Shown: positions 50,206 through 63,481, numbered from the stretch's first letter. The stretch: 64,000 nucleotides of DNA from Vicugna vicugna (GCA_013265495.1 MU058824.1:6033245-6097244); one strand, 5' to 3'. Numbers and translations are program-made. The notes: generated from the letters alone by a model not told the origin.

Positions 50206-53200
50206 CCATCTAAGCCCAAAGTTAGCAGAAGGAAGTAAATAATAAAAATTCAAGCAGAAACAAATAAAATAGACACTAGGAAGACAATAGAAAAATTAAT
50301 GAAACAAAAAGTTGGTTTTTCTGAAAGGATAAAACAAAACTGGCAAACATTTAGCTGGACTAACCAAGAAAAAAAGAAAGAAAGAAGAGTTAAATAAAGA
50401 AAATTAAAAATGAAAGAGACATTACAATTGACACCACAGAAATACAAAGGATCGTAAGAGGCTATAACTATAGTTACGTGCTAACAAATTAGATAAACTA
50501 GGGGAAATAAATTCCTAGAAATATACAACCTACCAAGAGTGAATCATGAAGAAACAGAAAATTCAAACAAACCAATAACAACTAGGAGACTGAATCAGTT
50601 ATTAAAAACCTCCCAACAAACAAAATCCCAGGACCAGGTGGTTTCACTGATGAATTCTTTCAAACATTTAAATAATTAATGCCAATACTTCTCAAACTCT
50701 TCCAAAAAATCAAGGAGAAGGGCACACTTCCAGATTTATTTTACAAAGCCAGCATTACCTTGGTACCAAAGCCAGATAAGGACACTACAAGAAAAGAAAA
50801 TTACAGTCCAAGATCCCCGATGAATATAGACGCAAACATTCCCAATAAAATACTAGCAAGCCAAATTCAACAGTACATTAAAAGGATCATCCATCGTGAT
50901 CAAATGGGATTTATCCGTGGATGCAAAGACAGTTCAACATAAGCAAATTAATAAGTGTGATACAGCACATTAATAAAAGGAGGGATAAAAATCATATAAT
51001 TATCTCAATAGATGCAGAAAATGTATTTGACAAAATTCAACCCCCTATAATGATAAAAGTTCTTAGCTAACTGGGTATAGAAGGAATATACCTCAACTAA
51101 TAAAGGCTGTATATCACAAGCCCACAGCATATATCATACTCAATAATGAAAAGCTAAAAGCTTTTTCTCTAAAATCAAGAACAAGACAAGGGTGCCCACT
51201 TTCACCACTCCTATCAATATACTACTGAAAGTCCTAGCCAGAGCAATTAGGTAAGACAAAAAATAAAGGCATCAGATCAGAAAGGAGAAAGTAAATTGTC
51301 TTTACTTGCAGATATCATCATCTTATATAAAAATCCTAAAAACACCACCAAAAAAACTGGTATAACTAATCAAGAAATGCAGTAAAATTGAAGGATACAA
51401 AATCAACCCACAAAAATCAGTTGCATTTCTATACATTAACAATGAACCATCTGAGAAAGAAGTAAGAAACAATTCCATTTACAGTAACAAAAAAACAATA
51501 AAATAACTAAGAATAACTAAAGAGGTGAAAGATTTGTATACTGAAAATTATAAGACATTGATAAAGGAAATAAAGAAAACACAATAAATGAACACATATT
51601 TTGTGTTCATTGATTAGAAAAATATTGTTAAAATGGCATAAAGCTATCTATATGGCCCAAACCTATGTATAAATTCAATGCAATACTTATGAAAATTCCA
51701 ATGGTAAGTTTCACAGAAAAAGAAAAAAATATCCTAAAATTTGTATGGAACCACAAAAGACTACAAACAGTCAAAGAAGTCCTGAGAAAGAAGAGCAAAG
51801 CTCTTCTATCACACTTCCTGATTTCAAACTACACTACAAAGCTACAATAACCAAAATAGTATGATGCTGGGATAAAAACAGACATATAGAACAATGAAGA
51901 GAATCAAAAGCCCAGAAATATACCCATGCATAGATGGTTAACTAATATTTGATAAGAGAGCCACAAAGATTCAATGGAGAAAGGATAGTCTTAATAAGTG
52001 ATGTTTGGAAAACTGGATATCCATATGCAAAAGAAAGAAATTGATCTACTATCTTATGCCACACATAAAAATTAACTTGAAATGGATTAAAGAGTAACTA
52101 TATGACCTAAAATTATAAAACTCCTAGAAGAAAATTCACGAGAAGAAGCTCCTTGATGTTGGTCTTGGCAATGATTTTTCTGAATGACACCAAAGGACAA
52201 AAAACAAAAACAAAAATCAACAAGTGAGACTACATCAAATGAAAAGCTTTTGCACAGCAGAAGAAACAATCAACAAACTGAAGAGGCAACCTACGGAATG
52301 GGACAAAATATTTGCAAAACATATCAGATAAGGGGTTATAAGGAACTCATATAACTCAATAGCACACACACACACACACACACAAGCCTATTAACCCAAT
52401 TAATAAATAGCAGGGAACCTGAATAGATATTTTTACAAAGAAGACATACAGATGGCCAACAGGTATAAAAAAAGATATTCAACATCACTAATCATCAAGG
52501 AACTGCAAATCAAAACCAAAATGAGATATCTCACACCTATTAGAATAGCTATTATCAAAAACACAAGACATAATAAGAGTTGGCAAGGATTTGGAAAAAA
52601 GGGAACCCTTGTGCACTACTGGTGGGAATATAAACTGGTACATTCTATAGAAAACAGTATGGACATTTCTCAAAATATTAAAAATAGAACTACCATATGA
52701 TCCAGCAATCTCACATCTGGGTATATATCCAAAGGCAATGAAATTACTGTCTCAAAGAGATATCTGCATCCCCATGTTCACTGCACTGTTATTAACAATA
52801 ACCAACATGTAGAAACAACCTAAGTGTCCATCAGTGGATGATTGGATAAAGAAAACATTCAGATTTTAAAAGGAAGTAAATCTCACCAGTTGCAATAATA
52901 TAGATAGACTTGAGGGTATTACGCTAAGTGAAATAAATCAGACACAGAAATACAAATATACTTATATATATAGCATATAAAAAAGCCAAACTCATAGAGA
53001 ATATAATGGTTGTTACCAGGGCCTGGAGGGTGGGGGAAATAGAGAGATTTTCATTAAAAGGTACAAACTTGCAGTTATAAGATGAATAAGTTCTATGAAC
53101 TTAATATATAGCATGGTGATTATAGTTAACAATATTGTAATATATAATTGAAAGTTGCTAAGAGAATAATAATTGTTCTGACTCCAAAAAAAAAATAGTA

Positions 53201-53332
53201 TTTATGCGAGGTGATGGATTTGTTAACGTTACTGTAGTTATCAGATTGCAATAACATGTGTATCAAATCACCACACTGTACATTTGCACTTATCCAGTTA
53301 TGTGTCAATTTCTTAATAGTATTGGGGAAAAA
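46230..53332 (+). mobile_element. Near full-length L1MA9-like LINE-1 (~7.1 kb), ORFs disrupted
   Basis: gagagtgatgtcagcaagatggc start; ORF1 pieces (EMKIYDLPDKEFKIIILKKL; NIPIIGVP); ORF2 pieces ([38 protein letters not shown]); 3'UTR tacaaacttgcagttataagatgaataagttct. Confidence 0.9.
50158..50204 (+). repeat. A47 homopolymer inside L1 ORF2
   Basis: Seen directly. Confidence 0.95.
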
Positions 53333-53849
53333 CATTACAGAAGAAATGATGCAAGACAGAAACTTGTATATACACAAAAAAATAAACTGTACTTGAAATA
53401 GAACAAAATAAAATTCATTTTTCCTGTTTTAATTGGTCTAAAATATAACTGTGGAAAACAAAAAAAAATAGTAGCAATGAATTATGTGTTTACAGAATGT
53501 ATAAAAGTAAAATGTAGCACAACAGTACTACAGAGAATTAGATGGAGGAACTGAAAATGTACTGTGGTAAGATTCTTATACTACAAATGAAATTGCATTA
53601 AAATATTAAAAGGTAGATTCTAATTAATTAGAGATGTATATTGTAAACCTGAGTGTAATTGCTAAAAGAATTTTAAGGAGCTATAAATAATAACTCATTA
53701 GAGAAGATAAAATGGAATAATACATGCTTAATCAACCTAAGAGAAGAAAGAAAAAGAGAAAAAAGGAAATAAATGACCAAAGGAACAAATAGAAAATAGA
53801 TCTCAAGTTGGTAGATTTCAGTCCAACCATATCAATAAAATAAATAAGT

Positions 53850-54980
53850 AAATGAATAAACAAATGGGACCTACTTAAACTTACAGTCTTTTGTAGAGCA
53901 AAGGAAACCATAAATAAAACAAGAAAACCTACAGAATGGGAGAAAATATTTGCAAATAGTGTGACTGATAAGAGCTTACTTTCAGAATATACAAATAGCT
54001 CATAAAACTCAATAACAAAAAAACAAACAACCCAATCCAAAAATGGGCAGAAGACCTAACCCAACATTTCTCCAATGAAGATAAACAAATGGCCAACAGG
54101 CACATGAAAAAATGCTCAATATCACTAATTATCAAAAAAACGCAAATCTAAACCACAATGAGGTGTCACATCACACTGGGCAGAATGGCCATCATTAAAA
54201 AGTCAGCAAGTGGTAAATGCTAGAGAGGGTATGGAGAAAAGGGAGCCCACCTACATTGTTGGTGGGAATGTAGTTTGGTGCAGCCATTATGGAAAATGGT
54301 ATGGAAATTCCTTTAAAAACTGAAAATAGACTTACCCAATGATCCAGACATCTTACTCCAGGGCATATACCCGGAGGGAACTCTAATTCAAAAAGATACA
54401 TGCAACCAATGTTCAAAGCAGCACTATTTACAATAGGCAAGACATGGAAACTACCTAAATGTCTACCAACACATGACGGATAAAGAAGTTGTGATATATA
54501 TATATATCACACACACACAACAGAACACTACTCAGCCATAAAAAACAATAAAATAATGCCATTTGTTGCAACATGGATGGACCTGGAGATGTCATATTAA
54601 GTGAAGAAAGCCAGAAAGAGAAAGAAAAATACCATATGCTATCACTCATACATGGAATCTAAAAAAATGACATAAATTAACTTATTTACAAAACAGAAAT
54701 AGACTCACAGACACAGAAAACAAACTTATGGTTACTGGTGGTAGGGTGGGGGGAGTGGAGGGATAAAGTGGGAGTTCAGGATTTGAAGATACTAACTACT
54801 ATATATAAAATAGATAAACAATACGGTCCTACTGTGTAGCACAGGGAACTATATTCAATATCTTGTAAACCTATAATGAAAAACAATATGAAGGGAATAT
54901 ATATACATATAACTAAATCACTATGCTGTACACAGGAATTAACACAACATTGTAAACTGACTATATCTCAATTTTTAAAA
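53850..54980 (+). mobile_element. 5'-truncated lineage-specific L1 (cetartiodactyl, camelid-like 3'UTR)
   Basis: cttatttacaaaacagaaatagactcacagac; actaactactatatataaaatagataaacaa; gcacagggaactatattcaatatcttgt; acaacattgtaaactgactata. Confidence 0.85.
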
Positions 54981-57192
54981 ATATCACATATATGGGAATG
55001 GTCTAAACAAACCAATTAAGAGGTATCATATTGAAAATAATATCCATCTATATGATATCTAAAAGAAACTCACTTTACACATAAAGATATAGATAAAGTA
55101 AAATTAAAAGGATAGAAAGGAATATATAAATACTAGCCAAAAGAAAGCTGGAATAGCTATAATACTAACAGACAAAGTAAACTTCAGAACAAAGAATATA
55201 ATCAAGGATAAAGGGAGGCATTACCTAATAATAAAGGGAACAGCTCTCCAAGAAGACATAACAATCCTATATTGTATATATTAAGCAATACAGCTTCAAA
55301 ATATAGCAATACAGCTTCAAAATAAAGCAAAAGATGATAGAATTGAAAAGTGAAATAGATATGTCCACAATTATAACTTGATACTTCACCATTCCTCTCA
55401 GTAACTGATACACTAAGAAGGCAGAAAATCAATAAGGATCTAGATAACCTGAACAATGTTATCACCAATTTAGTCTAATTGATATTTAGAGAACATGCCA
55501 TCAAACAGCACAATACACATTCTTCTCAAGTATACACGGAATGCTGACAAAGATAAATTATATTCTGAGCCATAAAATAAACCTTGCCAAATTGAAAACA
55601 ATATCAACTATACAAAGAATATTCTTAGACCATAACTGAATTAAATTAGAAATCAATAAGAGAAAAATATCTGGAAAAGCCCCAATTATTTGGAAATTAA
55701 ACTGCATATTTACAAATAACCCTTGGATCAAAACAGAACTATCAACGCAACTTTAAAAAATAATTTGAATGGAAAATAGAAATTAAAATGCAATATATCA
55801 AAATTTGTGAGATATAGCTAAAACAATATTTAAGAGGAAAATCTACAGCATCAAATTTTTATATTAAAAAAGAAAAAAGTTTTCAAATGAATAACCTAGA
55901 ATTCTACCTTATGAACCAGAGAAAGGAGAGCAAAGCAAACCCAAACCACACAGAAGGGAGAAAATTGTAGAGATAAGAGCAGAAATCAGTGGAGCTGAAG
56001 AAAAAAAAAAATACAGAGTCTTAATCAGACAAAAAAGAAAATTCATTCAGATGATATCAATAACTGAGTAGTCTTATATTTACTAAGTGAACTGTATTCA
56101 CAGTAAAAACATTTCAAACAAGAAAACTCTAGGCCCAGTTGGTTTCACTGGTGAAACATTCAAACAATCAAGAAAGTAAATAATATTAATTCTACAAAAT
56201 CTCTTCCAAAAAAATAGAAAAAGAAGGAACACTTTCTAACTCATTTATGAAGCAAGTATTACACTAATAACAAAGACATCAAAAGAAAAGAAAACTGCAT
56301 ACTAATATCCATTCATGAACACAGATGCAAAACCCCTCAAAAAAGTTAGCAAATCAAACTCAGCAATATATAAATAGAATAATATCAAGGGAATGAGAAG
56401 ACAAGCTACAGACTGGGAGAAAATATTTGCGAAATACATGTTTGATAAAGTACTATTGCTGAAAATATACAAATAACTCTTAAAACTCAAAAATTAAAAA
56501 TGAACAACCCAATTAAAAATGGGCAAAAAACAAAAACAAAACAAAAACCTGAATAAACACCTCACCGAAGAAGGAATACAGATGGCAAATAAGCATATAA
56601 ACACATGTTTAACATCAAATGTCATTAGGAAACTGCAAATTAAAACAGTAATAAATATTACCAAATATCTATTAGAGTAGCCAAAATCCAAAACATTGAT
56701 AATACCAGATGCTGACAGGAATATGGAACAACAGGAACTCTTTTGTTGGTGATGGGAATGCAAAATGGTATAGTCACTTTGAAAGATTAGCAGTCTCTTA
56801 CAAACCTAAACATATTCTTATCATACAGTTCAACAACAGCACTCCTTGGTATTTACCCAAACGAGCTGAAAATGTATGACCACATAAAAACTTGCACACA
56901 GAGTTTTACAGCAGCTTTATTCACAATTACCAAATATTGGAAGAAACCAATATTTCCTTCAGTAGGTATAAGTGTAAACTTTGTTATATCCAGACAATAG
57001 AATATTACTCACTCTAAAAAGGTTAAGGAGCTATCAAGTCATTAAAAGACATGAAGAAACTTTAAATACATACATATACAGAAAGACAGAGTCAGAGATA
57101 AAGATACAGAGCAACAGAGAGTTCAAATCAGAAGTCAAATGAGGTAGAATGTTAACAATTAAGTGAATCTGGGTAAAGGGTATAATGTACTA

Positions 57193-57397
57193 CAGTTGGC
57201 TTTCCTATCTTTATGTCCACAGATTCAACCATGGGATCCGGGTTGGTTGAATCTGGGGATGTGAAACCTATGGATGTGGAGGGCCAACTGTATTCATTAT
57301 ACCAGCCATTTTATACAAGGGACTTGAGCAAACGCGGATTTTGCTATCCACATAGGGCCCCTGAAATTTATTCCTGGCGGATACCCAGGGACAATTG
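57193..57397. mobile_element. MER2-like Tigger MITE inserted in an L1 3' tail
   Basis: TA|cagttggc...ggacaattg|CA ends; ggacttgagca...ggattttg.tatcc; host L1 tail tgtacta...ttcttgcaacttttctgt rejoins around it. Confidence 0.8.
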
Positions 57398-58385
57398 CAT
57401 TCTTGCAACTTTTCTGTGAATTTGAAATTATTTCCAAATAAAATAAAATGAGGTTTATCTGAGGGTGATGACACAGAAAGTTATGCAAAACAAATTGTGT
57501 GAATAAAGCAAAGCACTATAAAATCGGTAAGATATAATTCTATTGTATACATTTAAAATCATTAAAATCAGAGAGAGGGGAGAGAGAAGGAGGGAGAAAG
57601 TGGGAAAGAAAGAGAGAATGAGACAAATGAAAAATAAAATAACTTTTCTGGAAGGATATTGAAAAACTGTTAACCATAATTAAGTTTTCAGTATTGGAAG
57701 AGGAGCCTGAAGAAGTAAGGAGAAAGGTTTTTGTTTTTGTTTTTTATCTTTATAGCTTGTATATTTGACCTTGTGACTTTATGTTTATTTTCAATAAATT
57801 AAAAGTCAGAAAAGTATCTGATGAGAGTACATTCCATTTTCTTATACAAGACAAATGTCAAAGTTAGTATATACAATCATATTGTATAATTTGGATTGAA
57901 GATTAAATATGTAGTATGTGTGTTTTCTTACATACTATGAACCAAAGTAGTTTTAAGCTGTTAAAGGCCTGGCCCCAGGAAAAAGGTCCTCTCCTGTTTG
58001 CTTTTAGAAGAAAAACTTTAAACTGTAAGGATCCTCTGGTCCAGAAAATTTAACTGTTCAAAGGTGAAGAGCAGAGTTCAACTTTGAAGTTGTTATAAAA
58101 TTGAGGCAAGAATACCCCCAATCTACTTCTTTTCTTACTGTAGTCAACTTCAGGCTTTTAGAGAGATGATAAGTGGCTCTTCTTATTCTTGTTTGGCACC
58201 TAACACCATCCTTCACTATTTAGTTAGAAATATGGTTTTATGTATACACATAAACCTGATGCTAATTCTTTGTCTCTGATGTTTCAGAATCCAGGAAAGG
58301 AAATATCCCTTCTATGGGGTACTTTTTAAAGAATCAGCTCAGCTAATTAAGGCGTTCTATAACCATGCCCCAAAACCCTCTAAAG

Positions 58386-58520
58386 TAGTGCTTCTCAAAT
58401 TTAAATGTACCTAGGAATCACCTAGGATTCTTAGTAAAATGCATATTCTGATTTAGTAGGTCTGGGGAGAAGCCTTTGAGTTGGACTGCATTTCTAACAA
58501 ATCCTCATATGATGTTGCTA
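58386..58520. mobile_element. MER5-family MITE
   Basis: gtgcttctcaaa...gaatcacct...aaaatgca.attctgatt.agtaggtctggg. Confidence 0.8.
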
Positions 58521-60494
58521 GTTATGTTATCCCTGTTTTTATCAACATACCAATCCTCAGAACTACTTGCAGGAAGACACTCTATCATCTTCAACTATTC
58601 CAGTCTGGACTAAGGCCACCATCTCAGAAATTTTAGTGATACGAGCCTTTAAAAAGACACACTTGTGAAATGTGCCCAACTAGTATTTTCAGCTAATGGT
58701 CACAGTATTTTTTAAAAAGTGGAGGGTTAACTAGCTGTCCATCTGGTAGAAAAAAACAACTTATAATCATGTTGAGACAATTTCATTCTGGTGAAAAAAA
58801 TATTTTGTGGATCTAATTCAAGAGGAAACTCCAGCCCCTAAGTCATGTTTCAAATAAGTTTAAAGAAGAGTTGCTTAGGAGAGGCTTTTCTATAATATGT
58901 GCGTATCTGTAATGTCCACAAGTAGCCTCTGTATGAAGCAAGTATCATGTATATGACTTATGACAGAAACTATTGTCTTCATTCTGTCTCTTACATGCTC
59001 CTCAGTGAAAGAGAAGCACTGTTTGCCCCAGGATCTACTTCCACATCCATTATAACTGTGGGAGAATAATGTTTTAGCATTTATAGTTAATTGTCCTTTG
59101 CAAAGAGGATATGCATAAAAAGGTACAGGAAAACCCATGGAATCCATGGAATATCAATCATAAAATAAAATAATTAATCCCTCAAGATAAGTGACTTAGG
59201 AGGAAACAGCCCAGATTTTATTAAAGACTAAAGACTCTGCTGCATTCCCCAAATGGTTTAAAAAGAAAAGTCTGTTGACATCAAACATGGAGCCCACATG
59301 GATTAAATTAGGGCACTCTTCGTGTTACAGTTTAAGATTTCATAAAGTATAGCTTGTGGTTAAATCACATGTTTCAGTTCTGAAGGGCTGGTTGATGACT
59401 TCCCAATCTTTTCAATATTGTACCACTGGTGATATTTACCCAAGCAGCACCAATCTGGTCTTAATAATCCAGCCCCCAGTTTTGTAGCCCACTCCACATT
59501 TTGATTCCCAATAAACAAATATTTGTGGTGTGTTCGTGGGCTGTTTAACTGCTAGCATATTTGGTTCAGGACCACATTCTGTAAAGAAAGGGGACACATC
59601 TGTGGCCCCTGGGTTAAATGTTGTGGGGAACGGGGTTTCACTGAAAGCACCAGGTCTCCTTTTCTTTTTTGCAAGGGTCAGTGACAGCTGATGGAGACTA
59701 AACTGGGACAGCTGTTCAAGGGGGACAATTCTTCAAAAGCATCTAATGAGAAATTTTTCTTCTCTACCCCCATCTCCCCTACTCTACTTGAGGGCCCCAA
59801 ATGCTAAAGCATTAATGGTTTTCAGATAAGCAGGAAACAGAGAAGACAATGGAAGGAGAGATTTCCTTTATACATATGCAAGGTCTCCAGATGCTTCAGT
59901 TTCTGAACTTCTTAGCACGAATCCGGGCTTAGACTTAACCACTTGGGAGCTCACATAGGCAAGGAATGTTTATTCATTTCAGTATCTTCCTGTTTCCAGG
60001 ATTAGAGGCTGCCAAAAACAAAGACATCAGCAAGTCCATGCTGTCTGTCTTGTTTCACTTAATTCATTTTGTTTGCAGTCATAACAAGCATGTTATTTAT
60101 TTAGTTGTAAGTACATACCAAAGTAAGGATGCATTCACTTTAATCCTTTAATTTAACAAGATCACATACTTTAGGAAGCCAAAGGCTTTACAGCAAGATT
60201 AGAATAAAGAGTTCTGTTTCCTCTTAGATTAAAAAAGATATCCTGAATATTTGATTTGTGGTATATCATTATGTTTGATATTTAGGTGCTCTCTTGCTGA
60301 GGTCTAAATTAGTATGTTTATTAAATTCCCTCTAAGTGGCATTTTACCCGATGTGTTTACATTTAGAATCATCTTTCATGATAAAGTCTGTCATGAAATG
60401 GGAAAACTTATTTACTGCCTACATTTCTTCCAAGTTTGGTAGCTAAAACCCATCTGTCAACAGAAATAAAGCATGCAGCATGCTCATGCATGCT

Positions 60495-60520
60495 TGTGCG
60501 TGCACGTGCACATGCGCGCG

Positions 60521-60572
<52 letters not shown>
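60495..60572. repeat. Compound (RY)n-(CG)7-(CA)22 microsatellite
   Basis: Seen directly. Confidence 0.95.
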
Positions 60573-60573
<1 letters not shown>

Positions 60574-61494
60574 GCTTTGTTTCCTAAAAAGATCTGTGGC
60601 TCTTTTGCCTATTCCCTTTCTTAGTTCAGTTTTTAGCAGCAGATGATGCTACTCATTTTGTGTCTTTTCTGATTCCTGCCCTGATTTTTCTTTCCAGTGC
60701 ACTCTCCTTGCACCATTATAGGAGGTCAGGCTGGGTTTGCATTCAAAATTTTCTCTAAACTGGTAAGATGTAGGCAGAAACAATCTTTTGAACAAGGAAT
60801 TGTTTACTTGGCAAACTAAAATTCAAACATCTACTCTTGAAGAATAGATTGAGATAAATTTTAAAATAAATTTAAAATAAATTATCAGTTTTGCTTGAGA
60901 AAACTACCCCCAAAATATGTTAATCCAAGAATAGAAACCTTGAATGGCTGAGACAACAAAAAAACTACTGAAAGAGTAAATCAGTTTCTACAAGGATTCT
61001 GAATCCAGCTTTATTTGCAAGTCTTGCTCTTCTCCTCCCCCAACCAGGTCTGGCTATTATATGTGTAAGTGAAAAAGGTCTCTAACAAATGGTGAGATCT
61101 GAGAGGTAAACAAAGCCCTGATGGCACAAAGGTCTGGCTTCCAGGGTCCACTGTAATGGCTGCATTTCCCATACTGGTCTTCCCTTTTCATAGAAAAGTA
61201 GAGTCAATCCTCCCCCAGCTCATATATCCTCTGTCCAGTCCCTCTACTACTGACTGTCCAACCTCTATTTTATAAGATATCCCATTCCAAGTCTGCACAA
61301 CTAAAATAGCCACCATACCACAAAGCACACCATCAAGCCAGGAGCACTCATTAACACCTTAGCCTCCAGAGATTTATCAAATAAGTCAAACCCCTGGTAG
61401 TTCATGAGGAACTGGAATTCAGAGGAGGCAAGTTTGGTGGGAGGAAAAGTAGAGAAAGATCTGAAGAGTAGACAAATGTCATGAGGGCAGCTGA

Positions 61495-61940
61495 GAGAAG
61501 TAGCTTGTGCACAGTGGAAAGAGCACAGGTCTTGAAGTCAAATAGATCTGGGTTCATGCTCCTCCTACATCATCCTCATATATCAGGTGATATTTCAAAT
61601 ACTATACACAGTGATCCATTTAATCTTCTCAACAACTCCAGGACATAAGAACTATTAGCATTATTACCTTCACTTTACAGATGGGAAAATGTAGGTACAA
61701 ATAGGTTTAAGTAATTGCTCAAGGTCCTAGAGTTTGTAATGAATAAAGCTGGAATTTGAGCCTAGGCAGCCTGTCTGGAAGAGTACACATCCTCAAAAAA
61801 CGATGCTAACTTTATGATGTTCCATAAAGTGAGTGACTTAGCTCTAAGCCCCAAAGACCTGTTTGGGAAACTAGAGATAAAAATACTTATATTAAGTTGT
61901 GTTGTGAGAATTCAATGTGAATATGCATGGTATTAAAAAC
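61495..61940. mobile_element. Sense MIR interrupted by an antisense MIR (~61590-61790)
   Basis: cagtggaaagagcacagg...atctgggttca start; tttacagatgggaaaa...ctcaaggtc...ggaatttgagcctaggcag antisense; gtgagtgactta...gttgtgagaattcaatg resumes. Confidence 0.65.
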
Positions 61941-62649
61941 TAATTTCCTTCTTAAAGAGGTGAGGTATCTGCAGAAAAGAGAACACAGAGGGCATGCAAA
62001 GGGAACTCTGCCTGCCTCACACTTTTGCTGGTGTATCCCTGGACTTCCCACCAATACCCCATATGTCCCCAGCCTGCTAGGCTTTGCACTACAGTGGTCA
62101 CTCCTCCAGCCCTGTCTGCAAATTAATGAACAGCTGCTTGAGTAGGACCACAGGGCACTTTCATCTTCAGCACAAAAGAAAGAAGCAATCAAGTGGAGAA
62201 TATTAATAACAAGCCAAATTATCATCTTCTGGAACTACAATGGAAAACCTGGGTTATTTGTTTCAATATGTTTTCATTCTCACTACTTAAGCAAAATTCC
62301 TTAGCACTAACTGTGTAAGAATTCAGCCCACTGAGAATTACTTCCATTTACCAGAAACTGCCTTTTCCCCTTCACTGTACATTTTCCAAAGCAAGACAAT
62401 ATTTTGATGTTGTCACATCAACAAATATGTATCCACTGCCCACAAAGGTTCTAAAGGAGTCTGCAGTGGGACCAGCAGAAGCCGCATGCCTTTGGGAATT
62501 AGAAGAAGCAGATTCTACTTTTGGTTCTCCCTCTCTTCTGAGTGAGCCTTAACTTAACCCCTGCCCTGCCCCGTTCCTTGACCTCCCTCTGTGAACTGTG
62601 ATCAACTCCTGTGTTCCCTCCCAGCTCTAACTCACTGTGGTGCTAGTCA

Positions 62650-63117
62650 CACGGCACGCTAGGTTTGTCATAACAAACTATCCCAAACGGTGACTTAACC
62701 AACAGAAATTTACCGTCTCACAGTTTTGGAGGCTAGAAGTCTAGGATCAAGGCGTCAGCAAGACTGATTCCTTTTGAGCACTGTGAGAAAAAAATCTGTT
62801 TCATGCTTTTTTCCCAGATTTTGGCAGTGTGTGGGCAAGCTTTGGCATTCTTTGGCTTGTAGAAGCATTGCCCTGATCTGAACCCCTGATCTGAACCTTC
62901 ATCTCCACATGATTTGCTCCTTGGGTGTGAGTCTGTGTCCAAATCTTCCCCTTTTTATAAGGACACTAGTTATAATGAATTAGAAGCCCACTCTTCCCCA
63001 GTGTGAATTCATCTTTATCTAATACATCTACAATGACCCTATTTCCAAATAAGATAGCAGGGATAAAGACTTCAAGATGTGAATTTAGGGGAGAGAGGCA
63101 CAAATCAATTCATAAGA
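62650..63117 (-). mobile_element. MLT1C-like MaLR LTR
   Basis: aacagaaattta..gtctcacagttttggaggctagaagtc; ttttataaggacac; atgaccctatttccaaataag. Confidence 0.85.
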
Positions 63118-63318
63118 ATTACCCTTATACATTTTCTTCATAGATGTTATCCCAATCTGATTTTTTTTAATGTTTTTGCTTATTGTTTATATAACAAGAT
63201 GGTAAATTTTAAGTTTCCATTGAGGCACCAAGATATGATAGATACTATATATCTACATGCAGTATAAGGAAGATTACCAAAGGAAACCGTAAAATAAGAG
63301 ACTAAGAATAGATTAGAT

Positions 63319-63481
63319 CAGTGCTTCTCAAACTTGAATGTGCATGTAAATCACCTGGAGATCTTGTTAAAATGCAAATTCTGATTCGGCAGGTCTTGGG
63401 TGGACACAAGATTCTACATTCTAATAAGCTCACAGCAATATTGATACTGCTGGTCCATAGACCACGTTTTTAGTAGCAAAA
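63319..63481. mobile_element. MER5-family MITE
   Basis: cagtgcttctcaaactt...tcacctggagatcttgttaaaatgca; 8-bp near-TSD gattagat/gataagat. Confidence 0.88.

Larger units (their letters stand above)
44460..57450 (+). mobile_element. Outer old L1 (L1MC/MD-type), fragmented: 44460-46229, 53335-53848, 54980-57450
   Basis: 5'UTR-ORF1 up to 46229; ORF1 end, spacer and ORF2 start resume at 53335; EN domain resumes at 54980; 3' end at 56390-57450 after an internal deletion (3' pieces may be separate copies). Confidence 0.7.

Noticed and set aside
47851..52700. L1 ORF1/ORF2 fragments as an active reverse transcriptase system
   Set aside because: Numerous stops and frameshifts; longest pieces are about 100 aa
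46220..53351. aagaaataatg / aagaaatgatg as the TSD of the L1MA9-like element
   Set aside because: The right copy is offset from the element end and both can be explained as native host-L1 ORF1 sequence
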